DNA from: Gammaproteobacteria bacterium
Lineage (GTDB): Bacteria; Pseudomonadota; Gammaproteobacteria; UBA9214
Direction: 5' to 3'
Length of the DNA stretch: 61,050 nt
NCBI GenBank assembly: GCA_022340485.1
Contig: JAJDNX010000123.1
Location: 1-61,050, forward strand
Shown here: piece by piece, positions 1 to 8,728 of the stretch
Layout of the letters: every line of letters starts with the position of its first letter
How positions within the stretch are numbered: the first letter of the stretch is position 1
Position numbers and translations under genes: made by a program
The notes under the pieces: generated by a model
Database searches by the model: none
The model's input: only the letters and a program-made list of their open reading frames with translations
Told to the model about the DNA's origin: nothing

Positions 1-254
1 TCCTGCAGTGCATCGATGGTAGCCTCCAGCAGGCTGGTCTTGCCTGCGCCGGGAGAGGACATGAGGTTGATGGCAAGCACGCCATGCCGTTCAAAATGCT
101 GGCGATTGTGTGCTGCCGTGTGGTCATTGGCCTGCAGCAGGCCGTGCAGTACGCTGACGGCTTCGTGGCCGTTCTCGGTTTTTGACAGGCGTCCACCCGG
201 CTTCAGCAGGTGGGCATTTCCCTGTGTCACATTACAACCGCAGGTATCACACAT
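1..254 (-). CDS. hypB: Hydrogenase nickel-incorporation GTPase HypB (5' part; runs off window start)
   Basis: Not in ORF track. Manual translation from ATG 254 gives MCDTCGCNVTQG...AINLMSSPGAGKTSLLE (N-terminal CxxCGC Ni site and P-loop). GGAG RBS upstream. Confidence 0.93.
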   Translation of the reverse strand, partial: MCDTCGCNVTQGNAHLLKPGGRLSKTENGHEAVSVLHGLLQANDHTAAHNRQHFERHGVLAINLMSSPGAGKTSLLEATIDALQ

Positions 255-295
255 GCTTCACTCCTGAAAACGTCATCCCGCTCCTGCGGGTATGG

Positions 296-703
296 TTAGT
301 TACACTGTTCGCTTGTTGCCGGCATGGTTGTTGCCGTATCCGCCGCTGGATCCACGGTCTGTCTGACAATTTCCACATGCAGCAGCAGCAGTTCGTCGCC
401 GCTCACCAGGCGGGTGTGCCAGTCGCCACAGTTCCCGCACAGCAGCCGACTTGGCAGGGCATCCGTTACCTGGCCGCATTGCTTGCAGCTGACCCGGATC
501 GCCATGCTCTCTATCACCAGTTCCGCATGATCGGCAACCGTGCCTGCACGGGCGACGGTGAAGGCCTGCTCCAGCAGGGCGGGTTCGACCCCCGAGAGTG
601 GCCCGATGCCGAGGTGGATAGCGACTACCTGGTCTGCGCGTTGTTCCAAGGCAATGTGCTCGACCTGTTCCATCAATGCCTGGCATACCGCAAGTTCATG
701 CAT
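296..703 (-). CDS. hypA: Hydrogenase maturation nickel metallochaperone HypA
   Basis: MHELAVCQAL start; two CxxC (CKQC, CGNC); SGDELLL motif. Confidence 0.95.
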   Translation of the reverse strand: MHELAVCQALMEQVEHIALEQRADQVVAIHLGIGPLSGVEPALLEQAFTVARAGTVADHAELVIESMAIRVSCKQCGQVTDALPSRLLCGNCGDWHTRLVSGDELLLLHVEIVRQTVDPAADTATTMPATSEQCN

Positions 704-944
704 GGGCATCACCCTCACCGGGTTCTTCCGCCAGCATCAGGTCATACATTTCCCAGGCGGTGCGCGCCTCCCGGGGAGTGATCTTCTGGATTGCATAACC
801 CACGTGGACAACAACGAAATCGTCGATCTGGAATTCCTCATCCTGCAGCATGAACAGGCTGACCTCACGGCGCACGCCTTTTGCCTCGCAGCTGGCGGTA
901 AAGCCATCTATGGATTTGATCTGCATCGGGATGCCGAGACACAT
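696..944 (-). CDS. hypC: Hydrogenase assembly chaperone HypC/HupF
   Basis: MCLGIPMQI N-terminus; VVVHVGYAI motif; stop overlaps hypA start. Confidence 0.95.
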   Translation of the reverse strand: MCLGIPMQIKSIDGFTASCEAKGVRREVSLFMLQDEEFQIDDFVVVHVGYAIQKITPREARTAWEMYDLMLAEEPGEGDAHA

Positions 945-1025
945 GAAAGTTAATCCTCGTTTGCCACCGCCAGCAGGCCGGCGTTTCATTGGCGTCTACT
1001 TAAACACGGTCTATATCAATAAGAG

Positions 1026-1039
1026 TTGATATGGATCAA
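1026..1039. promoter_or_regulatory. FNR/DNR-type box between divergent hyp and hyn operons
   Basis: Exact TTGAT-ATGG-ATCAA match to TTGAT-N4-ATCAA. Confidence 0.8.
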
Positions 1040-1095
1040 TAAACCCGATCTTTCACTCCTGTACAAATCAACCTCAAGTATCGAGGGCCTATTGG

Positions 1096-1611
1096 ATGTC
1101 GAGTCGTATTAATACACTGATCCTGGGTATTGGCAACACCCTGCTGGCAGACGAGGGTACCGGCGTCCACATGCTGGATTACCTGCGCCGGCATCATCCC
1201 GAACTGGCGGTCACCTATCTGGATGGCGGTACACTGAGCTTCACCTTGGCGCCCTACATCGAGGAAGCGGATCAGCTGATTGTGATCGATGCCGCGGAGC
1301 TGGAATCCGCTCCCGGCACGGTTGCCGTGTTCTGCGGCCAGGAAATGGACCGTTTTGCCGGCAAGACCAAGCGCAGCGTACACGAGGTCAGTCTGGGTGA
1401 CCTGCTGGCGATTGCACATCTAACGGGTACCCTGCCGGAAAAACGTGCCCTGATCGCCGTGCAGCCGTGTGATGTCGACTGGGGGTCCTGCCTCAGCAAC
1501 CCGGTGAAACAGGCATTGCCGCAAGCGGCCAGCCGACTGACCGGGCTCCTGCAAAACTGGGCCCAGGCACAGGAACCGTCCGCTGTCAGCCAGCTCGCGG
1601 CAAACGCCTAG
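1096..1611 (+). CDS. Hydrogenase maturation endopeptidase (HyaD/HupD/HynD family)
   Basis: LILGIGNTLLADEGTG, LDGGT, IVIDAA, SVHEV motifs. Confidence 0.93.
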   Translation: MSSRINTLILGIGNTLLADEGTGVHMLDYLRRHHPELAVTYLDGGTLSFTLAPYIEEADQLIVIDAAELESAPGTVAVFCGQEMDRFAGKTKRSVHEVSLGDLLAIAHLTGTLPEKRALIAVQPCDVDWGSCLSNPVKQALPQAASRLTGLLQNWAQAQEPSAVSQLAANA

Positions 1612-1634
1612 CGAGAGACCAGGAGGAAGGGCCA

Positions 1635-1790
1635 ATGGAAGACAAGATACTTCTACCACTCGACGGCCCAGGGCCACTGCTGGAACCACTCTTCCCTGTC
1701 AATGCGGCTGCAGCCTGCAGCTCGAAGGCAAGAAACGCTGCTGAATGTATTGAAGGGCATCTGGGGCGGGTGATTCCATGCCTTGTGTGA
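1635..1790 (+). CDS. Putative 51-aa small protein (not in ORF track)
   Basis: AGGAGG at 1621-1626, ATG 1635, TGA 1788-1790 overlapping an in-frame GTG (1787) of the next gene. Confidence 0.45.
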   Translation: MEDKILLPLDGPGPLLEPLFPVNAAAACSSKARNAAECIEGHLGRVIPCLV

Positions 1791-2194
1791 CAGACACCGC
1801 ATCACTGCCGGCTGGGGCCGGTGAAAACCTGACCCATAATGTGCAGCCGTTGCTGCATGAAATCCGCCATGCGCTGGCAAAGCTGCTGGAGGATGGTGAC
1901 GGCACGGTAATCGATTTGCGCAGTCTGCCACTGGCACCGGGAGAGGAACAGAAATTACTGGATGAACTGGATCAGGGGGAGGTAACTGCCCAGATACAGG
2001 CACTGGGCCCCACCGAGATTATTGAAACACGCTATCCCGGTGTCTGGGTGGTGGTGCATTTCAACAATGACAACGAGGTGGTTGGCAAGTTTATCGAGGT
2101 CTGCCACATCCCGGCACTGTTGTGTTCACAGCAGGAAGACATCCGGGAAGGCCTGGAAAGACTCAGTCACCACTTGCTTGAAGCGACAACATGA
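1778..2194 (+). CDS. Hydrogenase expression/formation protein (HupH/HyaF/HynH-like)
   Basis: IDLRSLPL..LDQGEVTA..ETRYPGVWVVVHFN..FIEVCHIP pattern; lies before the small subunit. Start may be GTG 1787. Confidence 0.85.
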   Translation: MPCVTDTASLPAGAGENLTHNVQPLLHEIRHALAKLLEDGDGTVIDLRSLPLAPGEEQKLLDELDQGEVTAQIQALGPTEIIETRYPGVWVVVHFNNDNEVVGKFIEVCHIPALLCSQQEDIREGLERLSHHLLEATT

Positions 2195-2213
2195 TCGCAC
2201 ACAGGAGATAACG

Positions 2214-3305
2214 ATGTCGAAAGACGAGACTTTGGGCGAGGCCCTGCGGCAACAGGGTATTAGCCGACGCGGCTTCCTGAAATTCTGCGCGGCAACGGCT
2301 TCCATGATGGCGTTGCCGCCAAGCATGGTGCCGGCCATTGCAGCGGCCCTGGAAAAGGCGAGGCGGCCATCGGTGATCTGGCTGTCCTTCCAGGAATGTA
2401 CCGGTTGTACGGAATCGCTGACGCGCTCGCATTCGCCGACGGTGGAAGGTCTGATCTTCGATGTGATCTCGCTGGACTACCACCATACCCTGCAAGCCGC
2501 CTCAGGTACCGCGGCAGAAGCCGCCAGAGAGACTGCCATAGAAGAGAACTATGGCAAATATCTCCTGATTGTGGATGGCTCAATACCGACAGCCAATCCG
2601 GGTTACTCCACTATAGCCGGTGTCAGTAATGTGGATATGCTGAAGGAGGTGGCAAAAGGGGCCGCCGCCATTGTGGCGGTAGGTTCGTGCGCCGCCTTTG
2701 GCGGTATCCCGCACGCCCATCCCAATCCAACGGGTGCCGTATCGGTTTCCGATCTGGTCAAGGACAAGCCGATCATCAATGTCCCCGGCTGCCCGCCCAT
2801 CCCGGTGGTCATAAGCGGCGTACTGTTACACTACCTGACCTTTGGTGCGATCCCGGAACTGGATTCACTGTCGCGTCCCAAGGCCTATTACGGCCAGAGT
2901 ATTCACGACCGCTGCTACCGCCGTCCCTTCTATGACAAGGGCCTGTTTGCCGAGGGTTTTGACGATGAAGGTGCGAAGAAGGGCTGGTGCCTGTACAAGC
3001 TGGGCTGCAAGGGTCCGACGACCTACAACGCCTGTGCCACCACAAAGTGGAATGCCGGGACCAGTTTTCCGATCGAGTCGGGGCACCCCTGCCTGGGCTG
3101 TTCGGAGCCAGACTTCTGGGATGGCGGCGGCTTTTACAAGGCGTTGTCCATGCCGACGGAGGACATTAGCCGTACCGCTGTGTATGCCATCGGTGCCGGT
3201 GCCGCCGCCGGTGTTGCGCTTGGCGCACTGAATCGTGCAAAGAAGGCAAAGGCAACGAAAGCACATGAAAAGGTAACCATCAATGACCTGGAAAAAGGGA
3301 ACTAG
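2214..3305 (+). CDS. hynS: [NiFe]-hydrogenase small subunit, Tat-exported
   Basis: SRRGFLK Tat motif; ECTGC, GCPP, HDRCYRR, GWCLYKLGCKGP, HPCLGC Fe-S ligands; C-terminal hydrophobic anchor; AGGAG before ATG 2214. Confidence 0.95.
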   Translation: MSKDETLGEALRQQGISRRGFLKFCAATASMMALPPSMVPAIAAALEKARRPSVIWLSFQECTGCTESLTRSHSPTVEGLIFDVISLDYHHTLQAASGTAAEAARETAIEENYGKYLLIVDGSIPTANPGYSTIAGVSNVDMLKEVAKGAAAIVAVGSCAAFGGIPHAHPNPTGAVSVSDLVKDKPIINVPGCPPIPVVISGVLLHYLTFGAIPELDSLSRPKAYYGQSIHDRCYRRPFYDKGLFAEGFDDEGAKKGWCLYKLGCKGPTTYNACATTKWNAGTSFPIESGHPCLGCSEPDFWDGGGFYKALSMPTEDISRTAVYAIGAGAAAGVALGALNRAKKAKATKAHEKVTINDLEKGN

Positions 3306-3307
3306 CG

Positions 3308-3970
3308 ATGACTGAGACAGAACTGTTGTTGTGGGTGCGTGGCCCGGCATTGCAGGTCGCCACGGTCATCTTCCTTGTGGGTGTGGCGGTGCGTTTCATC
3401 GAGATCCTGATGCTGGGCAGGCAAAAGGATCTTGCCGAGGCACGTGGCTCCGCGCTGGCCGGTGGTCTGCGCACCATTGTGACCCGCTCTGTACCGGATC
3501 GCGGCACCATACAGCGCTCCACATTTAACGTGGTCGCCGGCTATGTCTTTCATGTCGGTTTCTTTGTGGTACTGCTGTTTTTTGCGCCCCATATCTTGTT
3601 GTTCCACGAGGTGCTGGGCCTGAACTGGCCTGCACTGCCGACACCGGTGATTGATGCCACCACCGTGGTCACGATTATTGCGTTGCTGGCAGTGCTGGTG
3701 CACCGAGTGCTGCACCCGGTGATGCGCTTTCTGTCGCGATTCCAGGATTACCTGGCGTGGCTGGTGACGATCCTGCCACTGGTGACCGGTTACCTGGCTT
3801 TTCACCGGGTTGGCGTGGCGCCACCTCCAACCCTGATTGCCATCCATATTCTCAGCGTTGAGCTGCTGATGGTGGTGTTCCCGTTCACCAAGCTGATGCA
3901 TGCCGTTACGCTGTTTATGGCGCGCTACTACAATGGCGCCATCGCGGGCTACAAGGGGGTGAAATCATGA
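3308..3970 (+). CDS. isp1: Isp1, NarI/DsrM-like membrane b-type cytochrome
   Basis: About five TM helices with His ligands; FPFTKLMH motif; lies between hydrogenase subunits. Confidence 0.85.
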   Translation: MTETELLLWVRGPALQVATVIFLVGVAVRFIEILMLGRQKDLAEARGSALAGGLRTIVTRSVPDRGTIQRSTFNVVAGYVFHVGFFVVLLFFAPHILLFHEVLGLNWPALPTPVIDATTVVTIIALLAVLVHRVLHPVMRFLSRFQDYLAWLVTILPLVTGYLAFHRVGVAPPPTLIAIHILSVELLMVVFPFTKLMHAVTLFMARYYNGAIAGYKGVKS

Positions 3971-5247
3971 GTGCTTCACTGCAGCGAGGTATCAACGCTT
4001 TCAAGGAACAGATCGATGCACCGGTAGCGTCCTTTTTCAGCAGCTGCGTGCGCTGCGGGCTGTGTGCCAATGCCTGCCTGTTTCACACCGAGACCGGTGA
4101 CCCGAAATATACGCCGATCCACAAGCTGGAACCGCTGCGCCGCGTGTGGCAGCAGAACTACACCTTCTGGGGCCGTTTCGCGAAGGCACTCGGACTGAGC
4201 AGGGCGGTGACGGATGATGAGCTGGGTGAATGGGAAACGCTGGTGTATGACAGTTGCACCATGTGTGGCCGTTGCTCCATGGTCTGCCCGGTCGGTAACG
4301 ACATCGCCTACATGATTCGCAAGATGCGCGAGGGCATGGCGGCTGCCGGTCATGCACCCGAGGGCCTGATTGGGGCCTCCCAGCGGGCCGTTACCATCGG
4401 CAGTCCCATGGGTGTGAAACTGCCGGCACTGCAGGCACAGATCCGCCACACGGAGCAAGAAACCGGGCTGAAAATCCCGGTCGATGTGGAGGGCGCCGAG
4501 TACATGTTGTTGCTGTCCTCCATGGAGATCATGAATTTCCCGGAATTCATCGGTGCCATTGCAAAGATCCTCAAACAGGCCGGCGTCAGCTGGACCATTG
4601 CGTCCGAGGCCTTTGAAGCCACCAACAGCGGCATCCAGATCGGCGTCTCTGAAATCGCTGCCGAACTGGTGGAGCGTGTTGTTGCGGCAGCAGAAAAGCT
4701 CAAGGTCAAGGGTGTGATCAGTCCCGAGTGCGGACATGCCTACATGGCGATCCGCTGGGAGGGGCCCAATCTTATTGGACGTCCCTACAGTTTCAGGGTG
4801 GTGCACATTATGGAACTGCTGGATGAGTTGCGCGAACAGGGACGCCTGAAAACCACTGGCAAGGAATCGCAGCGCCTGACCTACCATGATCCCTGCCAGG
4901 TGGCGCGTCGCGGTGGCGTGGTGAAACAGCCGCGCAACCTGCTGAACATGGTGGCGGAAGATTTTGTGGAAATGCCGGAAACCGGCACCATGAACTGGTG
5001 CTGTGGCGCCGGCGGTGGTGTCAGCGCCAATGAGCGCGCCGACGAGATCAGGTTAAAGGCCTTCAACCGCAAGAAAAAGCAGCTGGATGCCATCCGTCCG
5101 GATGCCATCGTCTCTGCCTGTTCCAATTGTCGAATTTATCTGGAAGACGGGCTGGAAGAGTACGGTATGGATATGCCGGTCCTCAGCCTGACGGAAACCA
5201 TTGCAGAACATCTTGCAGGCACAGAACAAACGGGGAGCAAGGAGTGA
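3967..5247 (+). CDS. isp2: Isp2, HdrD/DsrK-like Fe-S protein with CCG domain
   Basis: Two CxxCxxCxxxC motifs; ECGH, YHDPC, CCGAGGG, ACSNC. Confidence 0.88.
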   Translation: MSASLQRGINAFKEQIDAPVASFFSSCVRCGLCANACLFHTETGDPKYTPIHKLEPLRRVWQQNYTFWGRFAKALGLSRAVTDDELGEWETLVYDSCTMCGRCSMVCPVGNDIAYMIRKMREGMAAAGHAPEGLIGASQRAVTIGSPMGVKLPALQAQIRHTEQETGLKIPVDVEGAEYMLLLSSMEIMNFPEFIGAIAKILKQAGVSWTIASEAFEATNSGIQIGVSEIAAELVERVVAAAEKLKVKGVISPECGHAYMAIRWEGPNLIGRPYSFRVVHIMELLDELREQGRLKTTGKESQRLTYHDPCQVARRGGVVKQPRNLLNMVAEDFVEMPETGTMNWCCGAGGGVSANERADEIRLKAFNRKKKQLDAIRPDAIVSACSNCRIYLEDGLEEYGMDMPVLSLTETIAEHLAGTEQTGSKE

Positions 5248-5699
5248 TGAGCGAAATTACCAATGATGCTGAATTCAGGAAGGCGCTTGACGGTCTGGAT
5301 GCAACCCGGCAGCGCCAGGTTGGCGCACGTTTTGTGGAGAATGTCATTGCCTTGTGCTCCGATCATCGTATCGCACGTGCGCTGAAGGTGGCTGGCGACA
5401 GTGAGGTCACGCAAGAGGAGCTTGCCGATGCACTGAAGACTGCCCGGGCGACCACCTTCGATTGTCATGCCCGCTGTGGTTCCGAAGGGGACTGGTCCGA
5501 GCAGGCCGGCTATTTTGTGGCACGCGCGGCAACTGCGGCATTGACACCCATCGGGCAAATGCCCAGTGGCCCGGCCTGGCAGGCGGCCCTGAGCAGCAGA
5601 ATGGCACAGACATCCAAGTCAATAGTAACCGGCGATGACACGGCCGGACAGGAAGCTAAGCAGCAGTACCGGATCTTGTCCGAATTTCTGAATTCCTAA
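5247..5699 (+). CDS. Hypothetical 150-aa Ala-rich protein inside the hyn operon
   Basis: TGATG coupling to isp2 stop with GGAG upstream; ends 15 nt before hynL. Confidence 0.8.
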   Translation: MSEITNDAEFRKALDGLDATRQRQVGARFVENVIALCSDHRIARALKVAGDSEVTQEELADALKTARATTFDCHARCGSEGDWSEQAGYFVARAATAALTPIGQMPSGPAWQAALSSRMAQTSKSIVTGDDTAGQEAKQQYRILSEFLNS

Positions 5700-5714
5700 C
5701 TGAGACTATATGTT

Positions 5715-7436
5715 ATGACTGAGCGTATTGTTGTTGACCCGATTACCCGTATCGAGGGTCACCTGCGTATCGAGGCGCAGATGGATGGTGACCGTATTGC
5801 GCAAGCCTATTCTGCCGGCACCATGGTGCGCGGTATCGAGATTATCCTGCGTGGCCGTGACCCGCGGGATGCCTGGGCCTTTGCGCAGCGCATCTGTGGC
5901 GTGTGCACGCTGGTACACGGACTGGCGTCCATTCGTGCCGTCGAAAATGCACTGAACTACCCGATCCCGCCCAATGCGCAGCTGATTCGTAATCTGATGA
6001 ACGGTGCGCAGTATGTGCATGATCACGTCATGCATTTCTATCATCTGCATGCCCTGGACTGGGTCGACGTGGTATCGGCGCTGAAAGCCGATCCCGCGGC
6101 CACCGCAACGCTGGCACAGTCACTCAGCAATTATCCGAGATCCTCGCCGGGTTATTTTTCTGACGTACAGAAGAAGTTGAAGAACTTTGTCGAGTCGGGC
6201 CAGCTGGGTATCTTTGCCAATGGCTACTGGGGGCACCCGGCCTACAAGCTGCCACCGGAGGCAAACCTGATGGCCGTGGCACATTACCTGGAGGCGCTTG
6301 CTTGGCAGCGAGACGTGGCCAAGCTGCATGCTATCTTTGGAGGCAAGAACCCGCACCCGAATTTCCTGGTCGGGGGGGTCGCCTGCCCGATTGACCTGAA
6401 TTCCGATTCGGCGATCAATGCCGAGCGCCTGGCAAAGGTGCAGGAAATCATCACCCAGATGCAGTCTTTTGTCGACCAGGTCTATATCCCTGACCTGCTG
6501 GCCATCGCCGGTTTCTACAAGGACTGGGGTGCACGCGGTGAAGGGCTGGGCAATTTCCTCACCTTTGGTGATTTCCCGGAAAAGGGGATGGACGATCCGT
6601 CCAGTTACCTGATTCCATCCGGCGCGATCCTGAATCGGGATCTGTCGACCATCCACGATGTCGATATGAACGCAGCCGATGAAATCCAGGAATACGTCTC
6701 ACACTCCTGGTATGACTACAATGGCGGCAAGGAACAGGGGCTGCATCCCTATGACGGCGAGACCCGTCTCAATTACAGCGGACCCACGCCACCGTATGAG
6801 CAGCTGGACGTGGAGCAGTCCTATTCATGGCTGAAGTCACCACGCTGGAAAGGCCATGCCATGGAGGTCGGGCCGCTGGCACGGGTACTGATGCTGTATG
6901 CCAGTGGAAACGAGCAGGCGCAGGAGCTGGTCAAGATGACGCTGAGCACGCTCGATGTTCCTGTGGATGCGCTGTTTTCAACGCTTGGTCGCACCGCCGC
7001 ACGCGGACTCGAGACCAAGATTGTCTGTGACATGATGCAGACCTGGTACAACCAACTGGTGGCCAATATCAAGGCCGGCGATACCAAAACCCATAATGAA
7101 GCCCTCTGGGACCCGTCAACGTGGCCGCAGCAGGCGAAGGGTGTCGGCTTCATGGAGGCACCACGTGGGGCGCTGGCTCACTGGATCGTCATTGAGGAAG
7201 GCAACATCAAGAACTACCAGGCAGTGGTCCCCAGTACCTGGAATGCCGGTCCGCGTGACCAGCAAGGACAGCCAGGTGCCTATGAGGCGGCCTTGCAGGA
7301 CAACCATACCCTGGTTGATCCAAAACAGCCGATCGAGATTCTGCGCACCATCCACAGTTTCGATCCCTGCATTGCCTGCGCGGTGCACGTAACCGACCCG
7401 GAGGGTGAGGAACTGATCAAGGTGAAAGTGCGTTAA
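5715..7436 (+). CDS. hynL: [NiFe]-hydrogenase large subunit (group 1e, Isp type)
   Basis: DPITRIEGH; L1 RICGVC; L2 DPCIACAVH followed by a cleavable C-terminal tail. Confidence 0.97.
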   Translation: MTERIVVDPITRIEGHLRIEAQMDGDRIAQAYSAGTMVRGIEIILRGRDPRDAWAFAQRICGVCTLVHGLASIRAVENALNYPIPPNAQLIRNLMNGAQYVHDHVMHFYHLHALDWVDVVSALKADPAATATLAQSLSNYPRSSPGYFSDVQKKLKNFVESGQLGIFANGYWGHPAYKLPPEANLMAVAHYLEALAWQRDVAKLHAIFGGKNPHPNFLVGGVACPIDLNSDSAINAERLAKVQEIITQMQSFVDQVYIPDLLAIAGFYKDWGARGEGLGNFLTFGDFPEKGMDDPSSYLIPSGAILNRDLSTIHDVDMNAADEIQEYVSHSWYDYNGGKEQGLHPYDGETRLNYSGPTPPYEQLDVEQSYSWLKSPRWKGHAMEVGPLARVLMLYASGNEQAQELVKMTLSTLDVPVDALFSTLGRTAARGLETKIVCDMMQTWYNQLVANIKAGDTKTHNEALWDPSTWPQQAKGVGFMEAPRGALAHWIVIEEGNIKNYQAVVPSTWNAGPRDQQGQPGAYEAALQDNHTLVDPKQPIEILRTIHSFDPCIACAVHVTDPEGEELIKVKVR

Positions 7437-7488
7437 ATCAGGCTGAAGAGTTTATTTTTCAAATCATGAAAGAAATGGAGTAGATGTT

Positions 7489-8028
7489 ATGCAATTGAAA
7501 ACCTTGTCAGCGGTGCTGCTGGCGCCAATCATTCTGCTGCTTTCCCCGCTTGCACTTGCGCACTCCGGCGCCGGCCATACTGCCGGACTGGCCGATGGTT
7601 TCATGCACCCGGCGACCGGTCTGGACCACCTGCTGATTGCCATCGCTGCCGGCTTCTGGGCGGGACGTTCCGGCAATCACGGGGTCATGGATGCGGGTTA
7701 TTTTCTGTTGCTGTTTCTGGGTGGTGTGCTGCTGGGCACCTGCTGCCTGCTCTTCCCGCTGCTGCAGCTGTCGACCATCCTGGTGGTGTTGCTGACGACA
7801 GGTTTTGTGGCAGCAAGTATTGCGGCGCCACAGTATTTCGGCTACATCTTCTTTGGCGGATTTGCCCTGTATCATGGTATGGTTCACATGCTGGAGATGC
7901 CGGCAGGGGTAGCGGCTGCAGCTTTTATCCTTGGCCTGTTGCTCTCAACCGGGCTGTTATTGATGCTCGGCCTTATCCTGCGACAGGTGGTAGTGACCCG
8001 CAAACCACATTCAGAGACAACACAATAA
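7489..8028 (+). CDS. hupE: HupE/UreJ family nickel permease
   Basis: Signal-like N-terminus, AHSG, GFMHPATGLDHLL, FALYHGMVH. Confidence 0.9.
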   Translation: MQLKTLSAVLLAPIILLLSPLALAHSGAGHTAGLADGFMHPATGLDHLLIAIAAGFWAGRSGNHGVMDAGYFLLLFLGGVLLGTCCLLFPLLQLSTILVVLLTTGFVAASIAAPQYFGYIFFGGFALYHGMVHMLEMPAGVAAAAFILGLLLSTGLLLMLGLILRQVVVTRKPHSETTQ

Positions 8029-8059
8029 CCCGGTTTTTGCCGGTGAGGGATTCCAAATT

Positions 8060-8563
8060 ATGAGCGACAACACATGCACCGATATGGATGTCAGCGCGGC
8101 TGCCATCAAGGCATCTCCCCTGGGTGAGGAACTCAGCGATGCACAGTGCGAGTTGCTGGCAAGTGTCATGACCGCCTGTGGGATCAAGGACCAGGCTTTC
8201 CTTATCGAGGAAAATCAGAAGGATGACTGCCTGCATGTCCTGACCTCAGGGAATATGGAGGTCGTGACACATGCTGCCCACGGTGAGTTGGTCGGTCTGC
8301 AGATTCTCCGTGCAGGTGACATCCTCGGTGAGCTGGGTTTTCTGGATGGTGTGGAGCATTCAGCCAGTGTGCGTGCAATGGGTAATTGCGAGCTGTTGAG
8401 ACTGGACCGCACCAGTTTCGAGAGCTTGCTGGAGAAAGACCCGGATCTTGTCTACAAGGTCATGCGCGCCATTGTCCGAACCGTGCATCGCATCCTGCGC
8501 AACATGAATTTCCAGCAGGTCGAGCTGACCAACTATATCGCCAAGATGAACGGGCGCTACTAG
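8060..8563 (+). CDS. Stand-alone cyclic-nucleotide-binding domain protein
   Basis: GDILGELGFLDG..HSASVRA cNMP fold signature; no HTH. Confidence 0.85.
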   Translation: MSDNTCTDMDVSAAAIKASPLGEELSDAQCELLASVMTACGIKDQAFLIEENQKDDCLHVLTSGNMEVVTHAAHGELVGLQILRAGDILGELGFLDGVEHSASVRAMGNCELLRLDRTSFESLLEKDPDLVYKVMRAIVRTVHRILRNMNFQQVELTNYIAKMNGRY

Positions 8564-8728
8564 AACGTATTCGTTTCCGGTTCCCTCAATCCAACAAGGA
8601 TATCCCTTCCTTCTCCGGTATGCCTACAAGGACGTAGGCGATAGGACGGCAACAGACGGCGCTTCCTCCGGAGTACCCTGGGAACAGGTGCCAAGGAGAG
8701 GGCGTTCCCAGCTCGGCCCTATCCCCTC

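Noticed and set aside
7363-7389. Selenocysteine in the hydrogenase large subunit
   Set aside because: The L2 motif DPCIAC uses TGC codons; it is an ordinary [NiFe] enzyme.
8564-8728. Hairpins upstream of nnrS as a riboswitch
   Set aside because: Two short stems (GCCTAC/GTAGGC, CTGGGAAC/GTTCCCAG) without the conserved core of any riboswitch I recognise.
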